From assembly GCA_963662615.2 (NCBI GenBank), contig CAXXSR010000001.1, positions 1,216,001 through 1,280,000 of the forward strand: a stretch of 64,000 nucleotides of DNA, read 5' to 3'. Positions within the stretch are counted from its first letter, which is position 1. Every line of letters begins with the position of its first letter. The notes under the pieces were generated by a model. It was given only the letters and a program-made list of their open reading frames with translations. It was not told where the DNA came from and ran no database searches. Below are positions 40,886 through 51,043 of the stretch, in pieces. This stretch comes from Dehalococcoidia bacterium (GTDB taxonomy: Bacteria > Chloroflexota > Dehalococcoidia > Bin125). A program made the position numbers and the translations under genes.

Positions 40886-43648
40886 CTAGAGCAGGCTGAC
40901 GGGATCGATGTCGACCGTCCAGCCGCGGCCGAAGTCCACCGGGCGCAGCAGCGGCAAGGGATCCGCGCCGCGGAGCGTGATCTGCCAGCGATAGAGGCCG
41001 CGCCGTCGCGCGAGAAAGGCGGGCGTTGGGCCCAGGACCTCGGGGCCCAGCAGCCCCCGCCGGTCCCGATCCTCAAGCAGCGACGCCGCCATGTTGGCAG
41101 CCACGTCCCGCGCCCGGGCGGGCTTGCGATCGGCGTATACCAGCCGCGCCAGCCGTCCCAGCGGCGGATAGTCGTGGCGAGATCGCGCAGCGACCTCAGC
41201 CGCGTAGAACGCCTCGTAATCGTGCCCGGCAGCCGCCCTGATGGCGTAGTGCTCGGGTGCGTAGGTCTGCACCACCACCCGCCCGCCCTGCGGGCCGCGC
41301 CCCGCCCGGCCGGTGACCTGCGTGATCAGCTGGAAGGTCCGCTCCGGGCCGGTGTAATCCGGGAGGCGCAAGGATAGGTCCGCGTTGACCACGCCTACGA
41401 CCGTCACCGCCGGCAGATCGAGCCCCTTCGCGATCATCTGCGTCCCCACGAGGACGTTGGCGTCGCCGCGGATGAACTGCTCCAGCACCCGCCGGTGGCC
41501 GTCCTTGCCCGCCACGGTGTCGCGGTCCCAGCGCAGCGGCCGAGCCCGCGGAAACGTCTTGGCCACCTCTTCCTCCACCCGCTGCGTGCCAATGCCCATG
41601 GGCCGCACGCGGTCGCTGCCGCAGTGTGGACAGCGGCCCTCCGGCTGCGCCGTGCGGCCGCATTCGTGGCATCGCAAGATATCGCCCACACCCGGCGGCC
41701 CCGGCGCCAGACCCGGCAGCGCCCTGTGGTAGGTGAAGGGGATGGAACAGCGATCGCACCCGCGCGCCTCACCGCACGTGCGACAGACGAACGTCGCCAC
41801 GCCACGACGGTTGAGGAACAGGATCACCTGCTCATCGCGCTCCAGCGCCGTCGTCATCGCCGCCGCCAGCGGCTCGCTGAAGATCGAACGGTTTCCCCGC
41901 ACGAGCTCCTCACGCATGTCGACGATCTCGACACTCGGGAGGGCGGCCGTCTCCAACGGCGATGCCGGATCGGCGGGGTCGGTGCGACGGACGCGCTCGG
42001 GCAGCTCCAGGTAGCGATACTGCCCCGCCCTGGCCCGCGTCGCCGTGACCACGTCGGGGGTCGCGGAGCCCAAGACCGCCACCGCCCCGGTGAGGCGACA
42101 GTATTCCTCCACCACCTCCCGGACGCGATAGCGGGGCGCCGGATCGGTCTGCTTATACGTCCATTCGTGCTCCTCATCGACGATTATCAGAGCCAGATGC
42201 AACCCCCTCTCAGCGCCGCCGCCCGACCCCGGCAGCGGGTGGGGCGCGAAGAGCGCTGAGCGCGACCCGATCACGACGTCCGCGTCGCCGCTGCGAACGC
42301 GCTCCCATTGGTCGTGCAGCTCGCCCGCAGAGAGGCCCGAGTGCAGCACGGCGACGCGGCCGGGCAGACGAGCCAGGAAGCGGTCCACTGTCTGAGGCGT
42401 CAGGGCGATCTCCGGGACAAGAACGATCGCCCACCCGCCTTGATCACGAGCGTGCTCCACCGCCGCGAGATACACTTCGGTCTTGCCGCTTCCGGTGACG
42501 CCGTGCAGAAGAAAGATCGGGCCCTCCTTGCGGTGCTGCGGCCGCGTCTCCACGGCGCGGTCCAGCGCCTCGGCGATGGCTTCATAGGCCCGGCCCTGAT
42601 CCTCAGTGAGCGCCGGTGCCGCGACGATCGGGACGGCCCGCCCCGCCAGGGGATCGCGCGCCACGACGCGCGTCTGGCGCCGGACCAGGCCGTCGGCGAT
42701 CAGCGCGTCGACATCAGCGCCCGTGGCGTTGGCCTCCTGCCGCGCGGGCGCATCCGCGCGCGGCCCGGGAAGCAGCGCTTCCAGCAGCGCCACTTGGCGG
42801 CGCTCCGGGCCCGTCCGTCGCAGGCTCGCAATGGCGCTATCGACGGCGGCCGGGTCAACCGCGAGCCGCACGCAGTCGCCGTCGGGGACCATCAGGCGGC
42901 CCTGGCGCAGCCAGCGCTCCAGCGAGTCCCGCGCCCCGGCAAGGCGGCGGGCCTCATCACGGGGCGCCGCACCCACCTGCAAGCGCTCCAGCAGGTCGGC
43001 CTGGCGGGAGCGGCGGGAACGCGGCCAGGCGGCGATGGCGGCGCGGGCCGTTCCCTCCTCGATCGCCAGCGAGAGCAGCGTCTCCGTCTTCGGGCCCACG
43101 GTCGGCCGGCTCAGAGCGTAGCGCTCTTCCACCAGCCCTTTTTTGACGAGGCTCCGAACGGTGGGAGCAATGGCGCCGTCCTTGAGGGCCGCCTGCAGCG
43201 CGTCGGCCTCCACGGAGCGCCGCGCCGTGATGGCGTCCAGCACCGTGCGCTCCCGTTCGCTCAGATGTTGTAGCGCGGAGGCATCACTCAGTGGGGCCGG
43301 GCGCAGCAGCCGCTCGGGCTTCCGCTCGAAACCGGGGGGCAAGAACAGTGCCGCGGCAGCAAACGCCGGCGCCAGGTAGGCGTCGCCAATCCAGCGCACC
43401 AGCGCAGTCTGCTCAGGCCCCAGGAGCCGCTCTTCGCCAAGGAGTGCGAGGATCGGGCGCGGCGCGGCGACGGCCGGGCTCTCCGTCAGCGCCAGCACGA
43501 TGCCCTGGAGCACCTGCCTGCCGAACGGCACGAAGACGCCGTCGCCCACCCGCACAGCCAAGAGGGGCGGGATCGCGTAGGTGAACGTGCCGCGCTGAGG
43601 CCGGCCCGAGTTCACCGCAACTTCGACATACCGCGGAGCCGCCGGCAT
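40886..43648 (-). CDS. priA: Primosomal protein N'
   Basis: GVTGSGKTEVY, VPEIALTPQ, DEEHE, four CxxC pairs, GTQMIAKGLD, GRAGR. Confidence 0.96.
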   Translation of the reverse strand: MPAAPRYVEVAVNSGRPQRGTFTYAIPPLLAVRVGDGVFVPFGRQVLQGIVLALTESPAVAAPRPILALLGEERLLGPEQTALVRWIGDAYLAPAFAAAALFLPPGFERKPERLLRPAPLSDASALQHLSERERTVLDAITARRSVEADALQAALKDGAIAPTVRSLVKKGLVEERYALSRPTVGPKTETLLSLAIEEGTARAAIAAWPRSRRSRQADLLERLQVGAAPRDEARRLAGARDSLERWLRQGRLMVPDGDCVRLAVDPAAVDSAIASLRRTGPERRQVALLEALLPGPRADAPARQEANATGADVDALIADGLVRRQTRVVARDPLAGRAVPIVAAPALTEDQGRAYEAIAEALDRAVETRPQHRKEGPIFLLHGVTGSGKTEVYLAAVEHARDQGGWAIVLVPEIALTPQTVDRFLARLPGRVAVLHSGLSAGELHDQWERVRSGDADVVIGSRSALFAPHPLPGSGGGAERGLHLALIIVDEEHEWTYKQTDPAPRYRVREVVEEYCRLTGAVAVLGSATPDVVTATRARAGQYRYLELPERVRRTDPADPASPLETAALPSVEIVDMREELVRGNRSIFSEPLAAAMTTALERDEQVILFLNRRGVATFVCRTCGEARGCDRCSIPFTYHRALPGLAPGPPGVGDILRCHECGRTAQPEGRCPHCGSDRVRPMGIGTQRVEEEVAKTFPRARPLRWDRDTVAGKDGHRRVLEQFIRGDANVLVGTQMIAKGLDLPAVTVVGVVNADLSLRLPDYTGPERTFQLITQVTGRAGRGPQGGRVVVQTYAPEHYAIRAAAGHDYEAFYAAEVAARSRHDYPPLGRLARLVYADRKPARARDVAANMAASLLEDRDRRGLLGPEVLGPTPAFLARRRGLYRWQITLRGADPLPLLRPVDFGRGWTVDIDPVSLL

Positions 43649-43666
43649 GTCACCACTCCCTCTCGC

Positions 43667-43707
43667 CACGCCCCGCGACACACGCCCCGCGACGCACGCC
43701 CCGGCCG
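43667..43707. repeat. 14-nt tandem repeat (about 3 copies) upstream of priA
   Basis: cacgccccgcgaca / cacgccccgcgacg / cacgccccggccg. Confidence 0.8.
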
Positions 43708-43830
43708 CGCTTCCGCTTTGGCTTGAGTGTACGGAGATCCCGCCGGCCCCCAGACGGTGCGCGACAGAAGGAGGAGAGGCGCCGCGGTTCAGCGGCATTC
43801 GCCTCGCGTAGTCAAGACAGGAATCCCGCG

Positions 43831-44199
43831 TTAGAAGCCGTGAATCGCGCGCTTCGAGTTGCGCGGGCGCTCGGGAATGCGAGCGGCCCGCCCGGTGCGC
43901 CCGCGCAGGTAATAGAGCCGAGCCCGTCGCGTCCGCCCCCGGCGGCGTACTTCGACCTTTTCCACGCGCGGCGAATGCACGAGAAACGTGCGCTCCACAC
44001 CAACGCCCTGGCTGACACGGCGGACAGTGAAATTGCTGGAGCTGCCCTTGCGCTTCAGCCGGATCACCACCCCCTCAAACTGCTGCGTCCGCTCCCGCTC
44101 GCCCTCTACCACCTTGGCGTACACGCGCACCGTGTCGCCCGGCTGGAAGTCGACGATCTCGGGATTGCGCTCTAGCTCGAGTAGGTCGCTGCGGTCCAT
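43831..44199 (-). CDS. rplS: 50S ribosomal protein L19
   Basis: [41 protein letters not shown]. Confidence 0.97.
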   Translation of the reverse strand: MDRSDLLELERNPEIVDFQPGDTVRVYAKVVEGERERTQQFEGVVIRLKRKGSSSNFTVRRVSQGVGVERTFLVHSPRVEKVEVRRRGRTRRARLYYLRGRTGRAARIPERPRNSKRAIHGF

Positions 44200-44334
44200 C
44201 CCTCTGCCCTTCGCGATTGCGAGCCGGAGCCGGCGCCGCGCGGGCCCCTCGCGGGCGCCTGCGTCCATTCTACGGAGTCCGGCGACGAAGGCGCGAGCCT
44301 CTCCAGCAAACGCGATCGCGTCGCGGTGCGGGGA

Positions 44335-45066
44335 TCAGCCCTCCGCTGAGGCGGGGAGCCAGCGCCGCCGCTCCTGCGGCGTGAGATCGGCTTTCTCCAG
44401 GAGGTCCGGGCGCCGCGCGGCCGTGCGATCAAGTTGCTGCTCTCGCCGCCACTTCGCGATGGCGCCGTGATTGCCGCCGAGGAGCACGTCGGGCACCCGC
44501 CAGCCGCGGAAGTCGGGCGGCCGCGTGTAGTGGGGATACTCCAGCAAGCCGCCTTCATGCGACTCCTCCGCCAGCGACTCCGCCGCGCCTAACGCACCCG
44601 GGAGCAGCCGCACGATCGCCTCAACGAGCACCATCGCCGCGACCTCGCCGCCGCTCAAGACGTAATCACCGATTGAGATCTCGTCGTCCACCAGGTGCTC
44701 GCGAACCCGCTCATCGACGCCCTCGTAGCGACCGCAGAGGAGGATCAGCCGCTCTTCCGCGGCCAGCTCTCGGGTCACGTTCCGGGTCAGGACGCGCCCC
44801 TGGGGAGTAAGCAGGGTCGCGCGGCCGGGGGGCGCGTCGGCCCGCAGCGCTTCCAGCGCCCGGAACCACGGCTCGGGCTGCATCACCATGCCGGCGCCAC
44901 CGCCGTATGGCGCATCGTCCACGCTGCGGTGCTTGTCGTCGGTCCACTCCCGCAGGTCGTACGCCGCCAACGTGACGAGACCGGCCTCCTGCGCCCGCCG
45001 CGCGATGCCGACCTGGAACAGGCCGGCAAAGATCTCGGGAAAGATCGTGAGGATGTCTATTCGCAC
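44335..45066 (-). CDS. trmD: tRNA (guanine37-N1)-methyltransferase
   Basis: [37 protein letters not shown]. Confidence 0.97.
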   Translation of the reverse strand: MRIDILTIFPEIFAGLFQVGIARRAQEAGLVTLAAYDLREWTDDKHRSVDDAPYGGGAGMVMQPEPWFRALEALRADAPPGRATLLTPQGRVLTRNVTRELAAEERLILLCGRYEGVDERVREHLVDDEISIGDYVLSGGEVAAMVLVEAIVRLLPGALGAAESLAEESHEGGLLEYPHYTRPPDFRGWRVPDVLLGGNHGAIAKWRREQQLDRTAARRPDLLEKADLTPQERRRWLPASAEG

Positions 45067-45109
45067 GTGCGTAGCCTACGGCGGCAAGCGCGAGGCGCGG
45101 CCGCAACAC

Positions 45110-45613
45110 TTAGCCATCGTCAGGGTGCTGCGCTGTCTCCCCGTGGATCATTTCCAGGGCGTGCGGCAAGACGGGCAAGATGGCCTCCAGATTTTCCCGC
45201 ACCGCCTTCTCCGAGCCGGGAAGATTGATGATGAGCGTGCGCCGCGCGACGCCAACCAGGCCGCGACTGAGCGCGGCGAGGCGCGTCCGCTCAAGCCCGT
45301 GCAGCCGCATCAGCTCCGCCAGGCCCGGCGCCTCCCGCTCGATCACCGGGCGCGTCGCCTCCGGCGTGTGGTCGCGGGGCCCCAGGCCCGTACCACCTGT
45401 CGTGACGATCACGTTTATCTCGCCGGCATCAACCCAATTGCGGAGCGTCGCGGTGATGCGCTCGGGCTCATCTGGGATGATCGCTTTTGTCACGATCTCG
45501 GGAGCAAGCGGCCCCAGCACGTCCGCAATCGCCGGGCCCGCGGTGTCTTCCATCGCGCCCTGACTCGCCCGATCGCTGACCGTCAGGATGCCAAGCTTTA
45601 GCCGCGTGGCCAT
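45110..45613 (-). CDS. MogA/MoaB molybdenum cofactor biosynthesis protein
   Basis: ILTVSDR, TTGGTGLGPRDHTPEAT, LSRG, INLPGS. Confidence 0.93.
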   Translation of the reverse strand: MATRLKLGILTVSDRASQGAMEDTAGPAIADVLGPLAPEIVTKAIIPDEPERITATLRNWVDAGEINVIVTTGGTGLGPRDHTPEATRPVIEREAPGLAELMRLHGLERTRLAALSRGLVGVARRTLIINLPGSEKAVRENLEAILPVLPHALEMIHGETAQHPDDG

Positions 45614-45709
45614 CTGGATTCGCCCCTGCCCGCGGAGAGCGGCGACCACCCGCGCCGAGGGCGACGCGGCGAGTCAGAATCTTTTTCAAAAAAAGTCTTG
45701 ACGAGTCGG

Positions 45710-45773
45710 TTGACACTGATGGGGACTGGTGGCATGATTGGGTCCGATATGGGGAGAAGTGGGGAACGAGGGG
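45710..45773 (+). promoter_or_regulatory. dcw promoter with MraZ-type TGGGN repeats
   Basis: TTGACA(45710)-N17-CATGAT(45733). TGGGG at 45720, 45750 and 45760, TGGGT at 45739, weaker copies at 45730 and 45769; about 10-nt period. Confidence 0.8.
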
Positions 45774-45847
45774 TCGGCGCCTCCCGCTGAGGAAACGGAG
45801 TCCTCTCTCCCTGAAAGGCGACCAGAAACGGATGCTGCAGGCTCACA

Positions 45848-46282
45848 ATGGCCTTCCGGGGCACGTTCGACCATTCCCTCGACGATCGGGGGCGCCTCGC
45901 CGTCCCGGCTCGCTACCGCGACGCCTTCACGGCCGGCGGAGTGCTCGCGCCCAGTCCCGATGGCTGTCTGGAACTGTATCCGGTGGAGGAGTTCGAGAAC
46001 ACCGCCAACCAGTTGACGGCGGCGGGCGCCAATCTCCAACGGGGCCGACGCCTCCGCCGTGGCCTCTACGCCCGCTCGTGGGAGGTGGACCTGGACCGGC
46101 AGGGGCGCATCCTGATCCCGCAACCGCTGCGGGAGGGGGCGAATCTCGCCGGCTCCGTGGTCCTGGCGGGCCGGCGCGAGTGCCTGGAGATCTGGAGCCG
46201 GGAGCGCTGGCAGCAGGAGCTCGGCATCGTCGAGCGGGAGTACGCAACAAACCTGGAAGCGCAGGAGCTTCAGTGGCAATGA
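45848..46282 (+). CDS. mraZ: Division/cell wall cluster repressor MraZ
   Basis: FRGTFDHSLDDRGRLAVPA, DRQGRILIP, LEIWS. Confidence 0.95.
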   Translation: MAFRGTFDHSLDDRGRLAVPARYRDAFTAGGVLAPSPDGCLELYPVEEFENTANQLTAAGANLQRGRRLRRGLYARSWEVDLDRQGRILIPQPLREGANLAGSVVLAGRRECLEIWSRERWQQELGIVEREYATNLEAQELQWQ

Positions 46283-47178
46283 GCACGACCCCGTCGCACG
46301 AACCGGTCATGGTGGCCGAAGTCCTCGACTACCTCCAAGTCCGGCCGGGCGGTCGCTACATTGACTGCACCGTGGGCGCGGGCGGACACACCGCCGCGAT
46401 TCTGGCGGCGTCGGAGCCGGACGGGCGCGTCCTGGGCCTTGACGCCGACCCGGAGGCCATCGCAGAAGCCGAACACCGCCTCGCGCACGTTCCGGACCGC
46501 GTCACGCTGGTCCGCAGCTATTACGATCGCGTCGCGGACGAGGCGCACGCGGCCTCCATGGTCCCCGCCCACGGTCTCCTCTGCGATCTGGGCATCTCCA
46601 GCTTGCAGTTGGAGCGCCCCCAGCGCGGCTTCTCGTTCCGTGAGGCCGGGCCGCTGGACATGCGCTTCGGGCCGGACGCGGGGATGACCGCGGCCGACAT
46701 TGTCAACCGTTATTCCGAGCAGGACCTTGCACGGGTCCTGTACGAGCAGGGTGAGGAGCGGCGCTCGCGTCGCATCGCCCGTCGAATCGTGGAGCGTCGG
46801 CCGCTGACCTCCACGCGTGATCTCGCCAAAGCCGTCGAGCAGGTCGTGGGGAGGGGCCGTCAACCCAGTGTTAGTAGAGTTCACCCCGCCACCAAAACCT
46901 TCTTGGCCCTTCGCATGGAAGTGAATCAGGAGCTTCGGCGCCTGCGCAGCCTCCTTGCCCTGGCCCACGACCTGCTCGGCTTTGGATCTCGCCTGGTCAT
47001 CATTTCCTTCCACTCGCTTGAGGACCGCATTGTCAAGCAATTCCTGCGGGAGGCCGCAGGCGCGACACCGCCCACATTTCGAAGCCTCACGCGTCACGTC
47101 GTCCGGCCCAGTGCGGACGAAGTGGCGCGCAATCACCGCAGCCGCAGTGCCCGCCTCCGCGCAGCCGAGGCGATCTAG
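46279..47178 (+). CDS. rsmH: 16S rRNA m4C1402 methyltransferase
   Basis: HEPVM, DCTVGAGGH, DLGISSLQL, ISFHSLEDR, SRSARLR. Confidence 0.96.
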   Translation: MSTTPSHEPVMVAEVLDYLQVRPGGRYIDCTVGAGGHTAAILAASEPDGRVLGLDADPEAIAEAEHRLAHVPDRVTLVRSYYDRVADEAHAASMVPAHGLLCDLGISSLQLERPQRGFSFREAGPLDMRFGPDAGMTAADIVNRYSEQDLARVLYEQGEERRSRRIARRIVERRPLTSTRDLAKAVEQVVGRGRQPSVSRVHPATKTFLALRMEVNQELRRLRSLLALAHDLLGFGSRLVIISFHSLEDRIVKQFLREAAGATPPTFRSLTRHVVRPSADEVARNHRSRSARLRAAEAI

Positions 47179-47627
47179 TGACGTCCCGGTCGCTGGCCCT
47201 GCCGGCGCCCCTGGTGCGGCGGGCCGGGGGACGAGTCCGCCCTGTCCAGCGGACGCGGCTTCCCCTCTGGATCTGGGTCGGCCTGGTGGGCCTCACCATC
47301 GCCGCCCTGATGCCGGTGCTCCAGTCCAGTGATGCTGCCGCGACGGGCGCTACCCTCGCCGCGCTCGAGCGCGAGCGGGCGGGCTTACAAGCGGACGTGC
47401 GGCTGCTGGCATCCCAGGTCGGCGAGCTGACCGCGCTCTCACGGATTGAAAAGGTGGCCGGCGAGCGGCTGGGGTTGACCCCCGCCCGCCCCACCACGGT
47501 CCTGGCGGTGGACCAGCCACCGCCCGACCGCCTGCTGCCGGCCCGTTTTCTCCCGCGGCGACAGGCGGCCTTGGAACTGCAGCCACCTTGGTGGCAGCAA
47601 GTGCTAGACGTCCTGATCGTCCGCTGA
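47178..47627 (+). CDS. ftsL: FtsL-like cell division protein
   Basis: Lies between rsmH and the PBP gene; one TM, coiled coil, RIEKVA..RLGL. Confidence 0.75.
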   Translation: MTSRSLALPAPLVRRAGGRVRPVQRTRLPLWIWVGLVGLTIAALMPVLQSSDAAATGATLAALERERAGLQADVRLLASQVGELTALSRIEKVAGERLGLTPARPTTVLAVDQPPPDRLLPARFLPRRQAALELQPPWWQQVLDVLIVR

Positions 47628-47681
47628 GCGCGCCGCCGGCGTGGGCCGGGCGAACTGTGCGGACGTGCAGAACGAGGAGCC

Positions 47682-49679
47682 ATGATCCGGGCCGGCCTGA
47701 GCCCCTGGCGCATGCGCGTAATCACGATAGTGCTCGTGGCCTTCGGCACCCTCCTCATCCTGCGGCTGGTGCAGGTCCAGATCTTGGAGCATCCCCGCTT
47801 CGAGCAGGAAGCCCGCGACATCCATTTTTGGACCCAGGAGATCCGCGGCCCTCGCGGCGCGATCCTCGACCGCAACGGCTTCCCTCTCGTCACCGGCATC
47901 GACACCTTCGAGATCCACGTCGATCGCGACGCCTGGGAACTAGAAGGCGGCAACGAGCGTCTCGCCGTAGAGAAGCTCTCGCACCGCCTGGGCGCCTCGC
48001 AAGAGCAGATCCGGGCGATCGTCGACTCCGGCGGCGGTCGCGACGTCCTGCTGGCGCTGAACGTCCCGTACGGCCTGGGCGAGGCCATCATCGCGGAGGG
48101 CCTGCCAGGCGTGAAGGTGACTTCCGCAAGCCTAAGACGCTATGGCGAAGGCGCCTTGGCCAGCCAGATTCTCGGCTTTGTGGGCCGGGACAACGTGGGC
48201 CTGGCCGGCGTGGAGTTCAACTTCGACTCCGTCCTCAGTGGGAAGCCCGGCCGCCTCGTCTACGAACGCGACAGTCTGGGCAACCCCATCCCCTTCGGCG
48301 CGCGGGGGATGGAGCCCGTGCAGCCGGGCGCCGACCTCGTCCTCACCATCGATCGCACGCTGCAGCGTATCGCGGAGGAGCACCTCGCCGCCGCCCTGGA
48401 GAAGACCGGCGCTCGCGGCGGCGCCATCCTGATGATGGAGCCGCACACAGGCGACATTCTCGCCATCGCCTCCTCTCCCTCGTTTGACGTCACGAACCCG
48501 AACCTGGGCGATCCGGCCCTGGACCTCTCCCTCTTCCGCAATCGCACCGTCACGGACGTGTATGAACCCGGATCGGTGTTCAAGGTCGTGACGATGGCAG
48601 CCGCCATCGACGCTGGCGTGGTCACACCGGACACCACCTTCGTGGACACCGGCGCCATCGTCGTCGGCGCCAGCACCATCCGAAATTTCGACCTCTCCTT
48701 CCACGGCCGCCAGACCATGACGCAGGTCCTGCAACGATCGCTGAACACGGGCGCCGCCTGGGTCACGCAGCAGTTAGGCGCCGATCTCTTCTACTGGTAT
48801 CTGCGGCAGTTCGGCTTCAACAAGTCAACCAACTCCGGCTTCGCCGGGGAGGCGAGCGGGATCGTCAAAGAGCCCGGGAACCTGTTCTGGTCGCCGGTGG
48901 ACCTGGCGACGAACTCCTATGGCCAGGGGATCTCTGTGACCCCTCTCCAAATCGTGCGGGCCATGGCGGTGATCGCGAACGGCGGCGACCTGGTCCGGCC
49001 ACGCATCGTCCGGGCGGTGATCACGCAAGAGGGGGTCCGGGCGGTGCCCACGGTGATCGAGGGCCGGGCTATCCGCGAGGACACTGCCGCGCAGCTGCGT
49101 GTGATGATGCAGGCTGTCGTGGACGGCGTGGCCGGGCATCCCGCCCAGACGCCCGGCTGGCCGGTGGCCGGCAAATCCGGCACGTCCGATGTGGCGGAGG
49201 ACGGCGCGTACCTGGAAGGGGAGTCGATCGCCTCCTTCACGGGCTTCGCCCCCGCCGACGATCCTCGCGTGGTCGTCCTGGTGAAGCTGGACCGGCCACA
49301 GGGCGAGATCTTCGGTGGAATTATCGCCGCGCCGGTCTTCTCCGCCGTGCTCCGTGACGCGCTCCCCTACTTGGGCGTGCCGCCGTCGGCGTATGTGGCG
49401 GAGCCGAGCCTGTTCGAGCCCGTCCCGGAAGAGACCGGGAGCGCCGACGACGCGGCCGCGCCCACCGACGCGGCGGGCGCGGCGCCGGACGCCGATGCCG
49501 GTGAGGCCGACGCCGGGGAGGCGGACGCCGCCGTCGAACCGGTCGCCGAGAGCGAAGCCGCCGGCACGCCCATCGACGCCCTCGAAGACGCCCCCGCTCT
49601 CGATCTCCAGCTCGCCGAGCCGATCGACGCCGCAACTGTGGAGGACACGGCGCCGATCGAGAGTGCAGGGACTCAATGA
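47682..49679 (+). CDS. ftsI: Class B penicillin-binding protein (FtsI-like) with acidic C-terminal tail
   Basis: RGAILDRNG, YEPGSVFK (SxxK), SLN (SxN), KSGT. Confidence 0.93.
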   Translation: MIRAGLSPWRMRVITIVLVAFGTLLILRLVQVQILEHPRFEQEARDIHFWTQEIRGPRGAILDRNGFPLVTGIDTFEIHVDRDAWELEGGNERLAVEKLSHRLGASQEQIRAIVDSGGGRDVLLALNVPYGLGEAIIAEGLPGVKVTSASLRRYGEGALASQILGFVGRDNVGLAGVEFNFDSVLSGKPGRLVYERDSLGNPIPFGARGMEPVQPGADLVLTIDRTLQRIAEEHLAAALEKTGARGGAILMMEPHTGDILAIASSPSFDVTNPNLGDPALDLSLFRNRTVTDVYEPGSVFKVVTMAAAIDAGVVTPDTTFVDTGAIVVGASTIRNFDLSFHGRQTMTQVLQRSLNTGAAWVTQQLGADLFYWYLRQFGFNKSTNSGFAGEASGIVKEPGNLFWSPVDLATNSYGQGISVTPLQIVRAMAVIANGGDLVRPRIVRAVITQEGVRAVPTVIEGRAIREDTAAQLRVMMQAVVDGVAGHPAQTPGWPVAGKSGTSDVAEDGAYLEGESIASFTGFAPADDPRVVVLVKLDRPQGEIFGGIIAAPVFSAVLRDALPYLGVPPSAYVAEPSLFEPVPEETGSADDAAAPTDAAGAAPDADAGEADAGEADAAVEPVAESEAAGTPIDALEDAPALDLQLAEPIDAATVEDTAPIESAGTQ

Positions 49680-51043
49680 TCAGCCCGCGCGCCCTGGCAC
49701 TGGCGCTCAACGGTCTCCTCAAGAATCCGTGCGCCGATCTCTCCGCCGCGCCCTACAACGACATCGTCATGGACTCCCGCAAGGTCAAGCCTGGCGACCT
49801 GTTCGTGGCCCTGCGCGGCGAACACACCGACGGGCACAAGTTCCTGGACGACGCCGTCCAGCGCGGTGCCACCGGGCTGCTGACGCGCGCCGCCCCCCCG
49901 ACCTTGCCTGCGTCCGTCACGGCCTTCCTGGTGTACGACACCTTGCAGGCCCTGCAAGAGGCCGCCAGGCAATGGCGTGCGACCCTTCCTGCCAAGGTCG
50001 TGGGGATCACCGGCAGCGTGGGCAAGACAACCGTGCGCGAGGCCCTCAGCCAGGTGCTCCGCCGTCGCTATGCCACCTTTGAAAGTCCACGCAACTTCAA
50101 CAGTGAGATCGGCCTGCCGCTGGCGCTGCTGGGCTTGAGTCCCCAGCATGAATGGGCCGTCGTGGAACTCGGTCCCTACGACCTCCAGGAGATGCAGCTG
50201 CTCTGCGACATCGCCCGGCCGGATGTCGGTGTCGTCACCAACGTCGGGCCCACACATCTGGAGCGGTACGGATCGCTGGACGCCATTGAAGAGGCGAAGG
50301 GCACGTTGCCCGCGTCGCTGGGGCCAAACGGGCTCGCCGTGCTCAATGCCGACGACGAGCGGACGCTGCGTATGCGCCGCCGTACCCAGGCGCGGGTGCT
50401 CACGTTCGGGCTGGGCCGGGACGCGGACGTGCGCGCCGACGACGTGCAGGCACACGGCCTGGACGGACTGACCTTCACCCTCCACGTGCACAAAGAGGCC
50501 GTCGCCGTGCGCACGCCGCTCGCCGGCGCGCACCACGTGATCACCGCGCTGGCGGCGGCGACCGTCGCAGCGGGCGCCGGCTTCAACGCCACCGAGATCG
50601 CGGAGGCGCTGGCGACGCTCCGTGCGGGGAGTCGGCTGAAGCCGCGCCGCTCCTTCTCCGGCGCCCTCATCTTGGACGACACCTATAACGCCGCGCCCGT
50701 CTCCATGAAGGCCGCGCTCGATTTCCTGGCGCAGATCCCAGGGCGCCGCGTCGCCGTGCTGGGCGACATGCTGGAGCTGGGTAGCGAGGAAGAGGCCGGT
50801 CACCGCGAGGTGGGCGCCTACGCCGTGGGCCGTTGCGACCGCATCGTCGCCGTGGGCGAGCGGGCGCGCACCATCGCCAACGGCGCCTGGGACGCCGGCC
50901 ACACCCAAATTCAGTGGTTCCAGGACAAGGAGAGCGCCACCGCCACTCTGCTTCAGGAGGTCGGCGCGGACGATGTCGTCCTCATCAAAGCATCGCACGG
51001 TCTCGCCTTGGAGACGGTGGTGGAAGCGCTGGTGAATCCATGA
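49676..51043 (+). CDS. murF: UDP-MurNAc-tripeptide--D-Ala-D-Ala ligase
   Basis: DSR, ITGSVGKTT, NFNSEIGLP, DDTYNA, LGDMLELG, KASHG. Confidence 0.95.
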   Translation: MISPRALALALNGLLKNPCADLSAAPYNDIVMDSRKVKPGDLFVALRGEHTDGHKFLDDAVQRGATGLLTRAAPPTLPASVTAFLVYDTLQALQEAARQWRATLPAKVVGITGSVGKTTVREALSQVLRRRYATFESPRNFNSEIGLPLALLGLSPQHEWAVVELGPYDLQEMQLLCDIARPDVGVVTNVGPTHLERYGSLDAIEEAKGTLPASLGPNGLAVLNADDERTLRMRRRTQARVLTFGLGRDADVRADDVQAHGLDGLTFTLHVHKEAVAVRTPLAGAHHVITALAAATVAAGAGFNATEIAEALATLRAGSRLKPRRSFSGALILDDTYNAAPVSMKAALDFLAQIPGRRVAVLGDMLELGSEEEAGHREVGAYAVGRCDRIVAVGERARTIANGAWDAGHTQIQWFQDKESATATLLQEVGADDVVLIKASHGLALETVVEALVNP

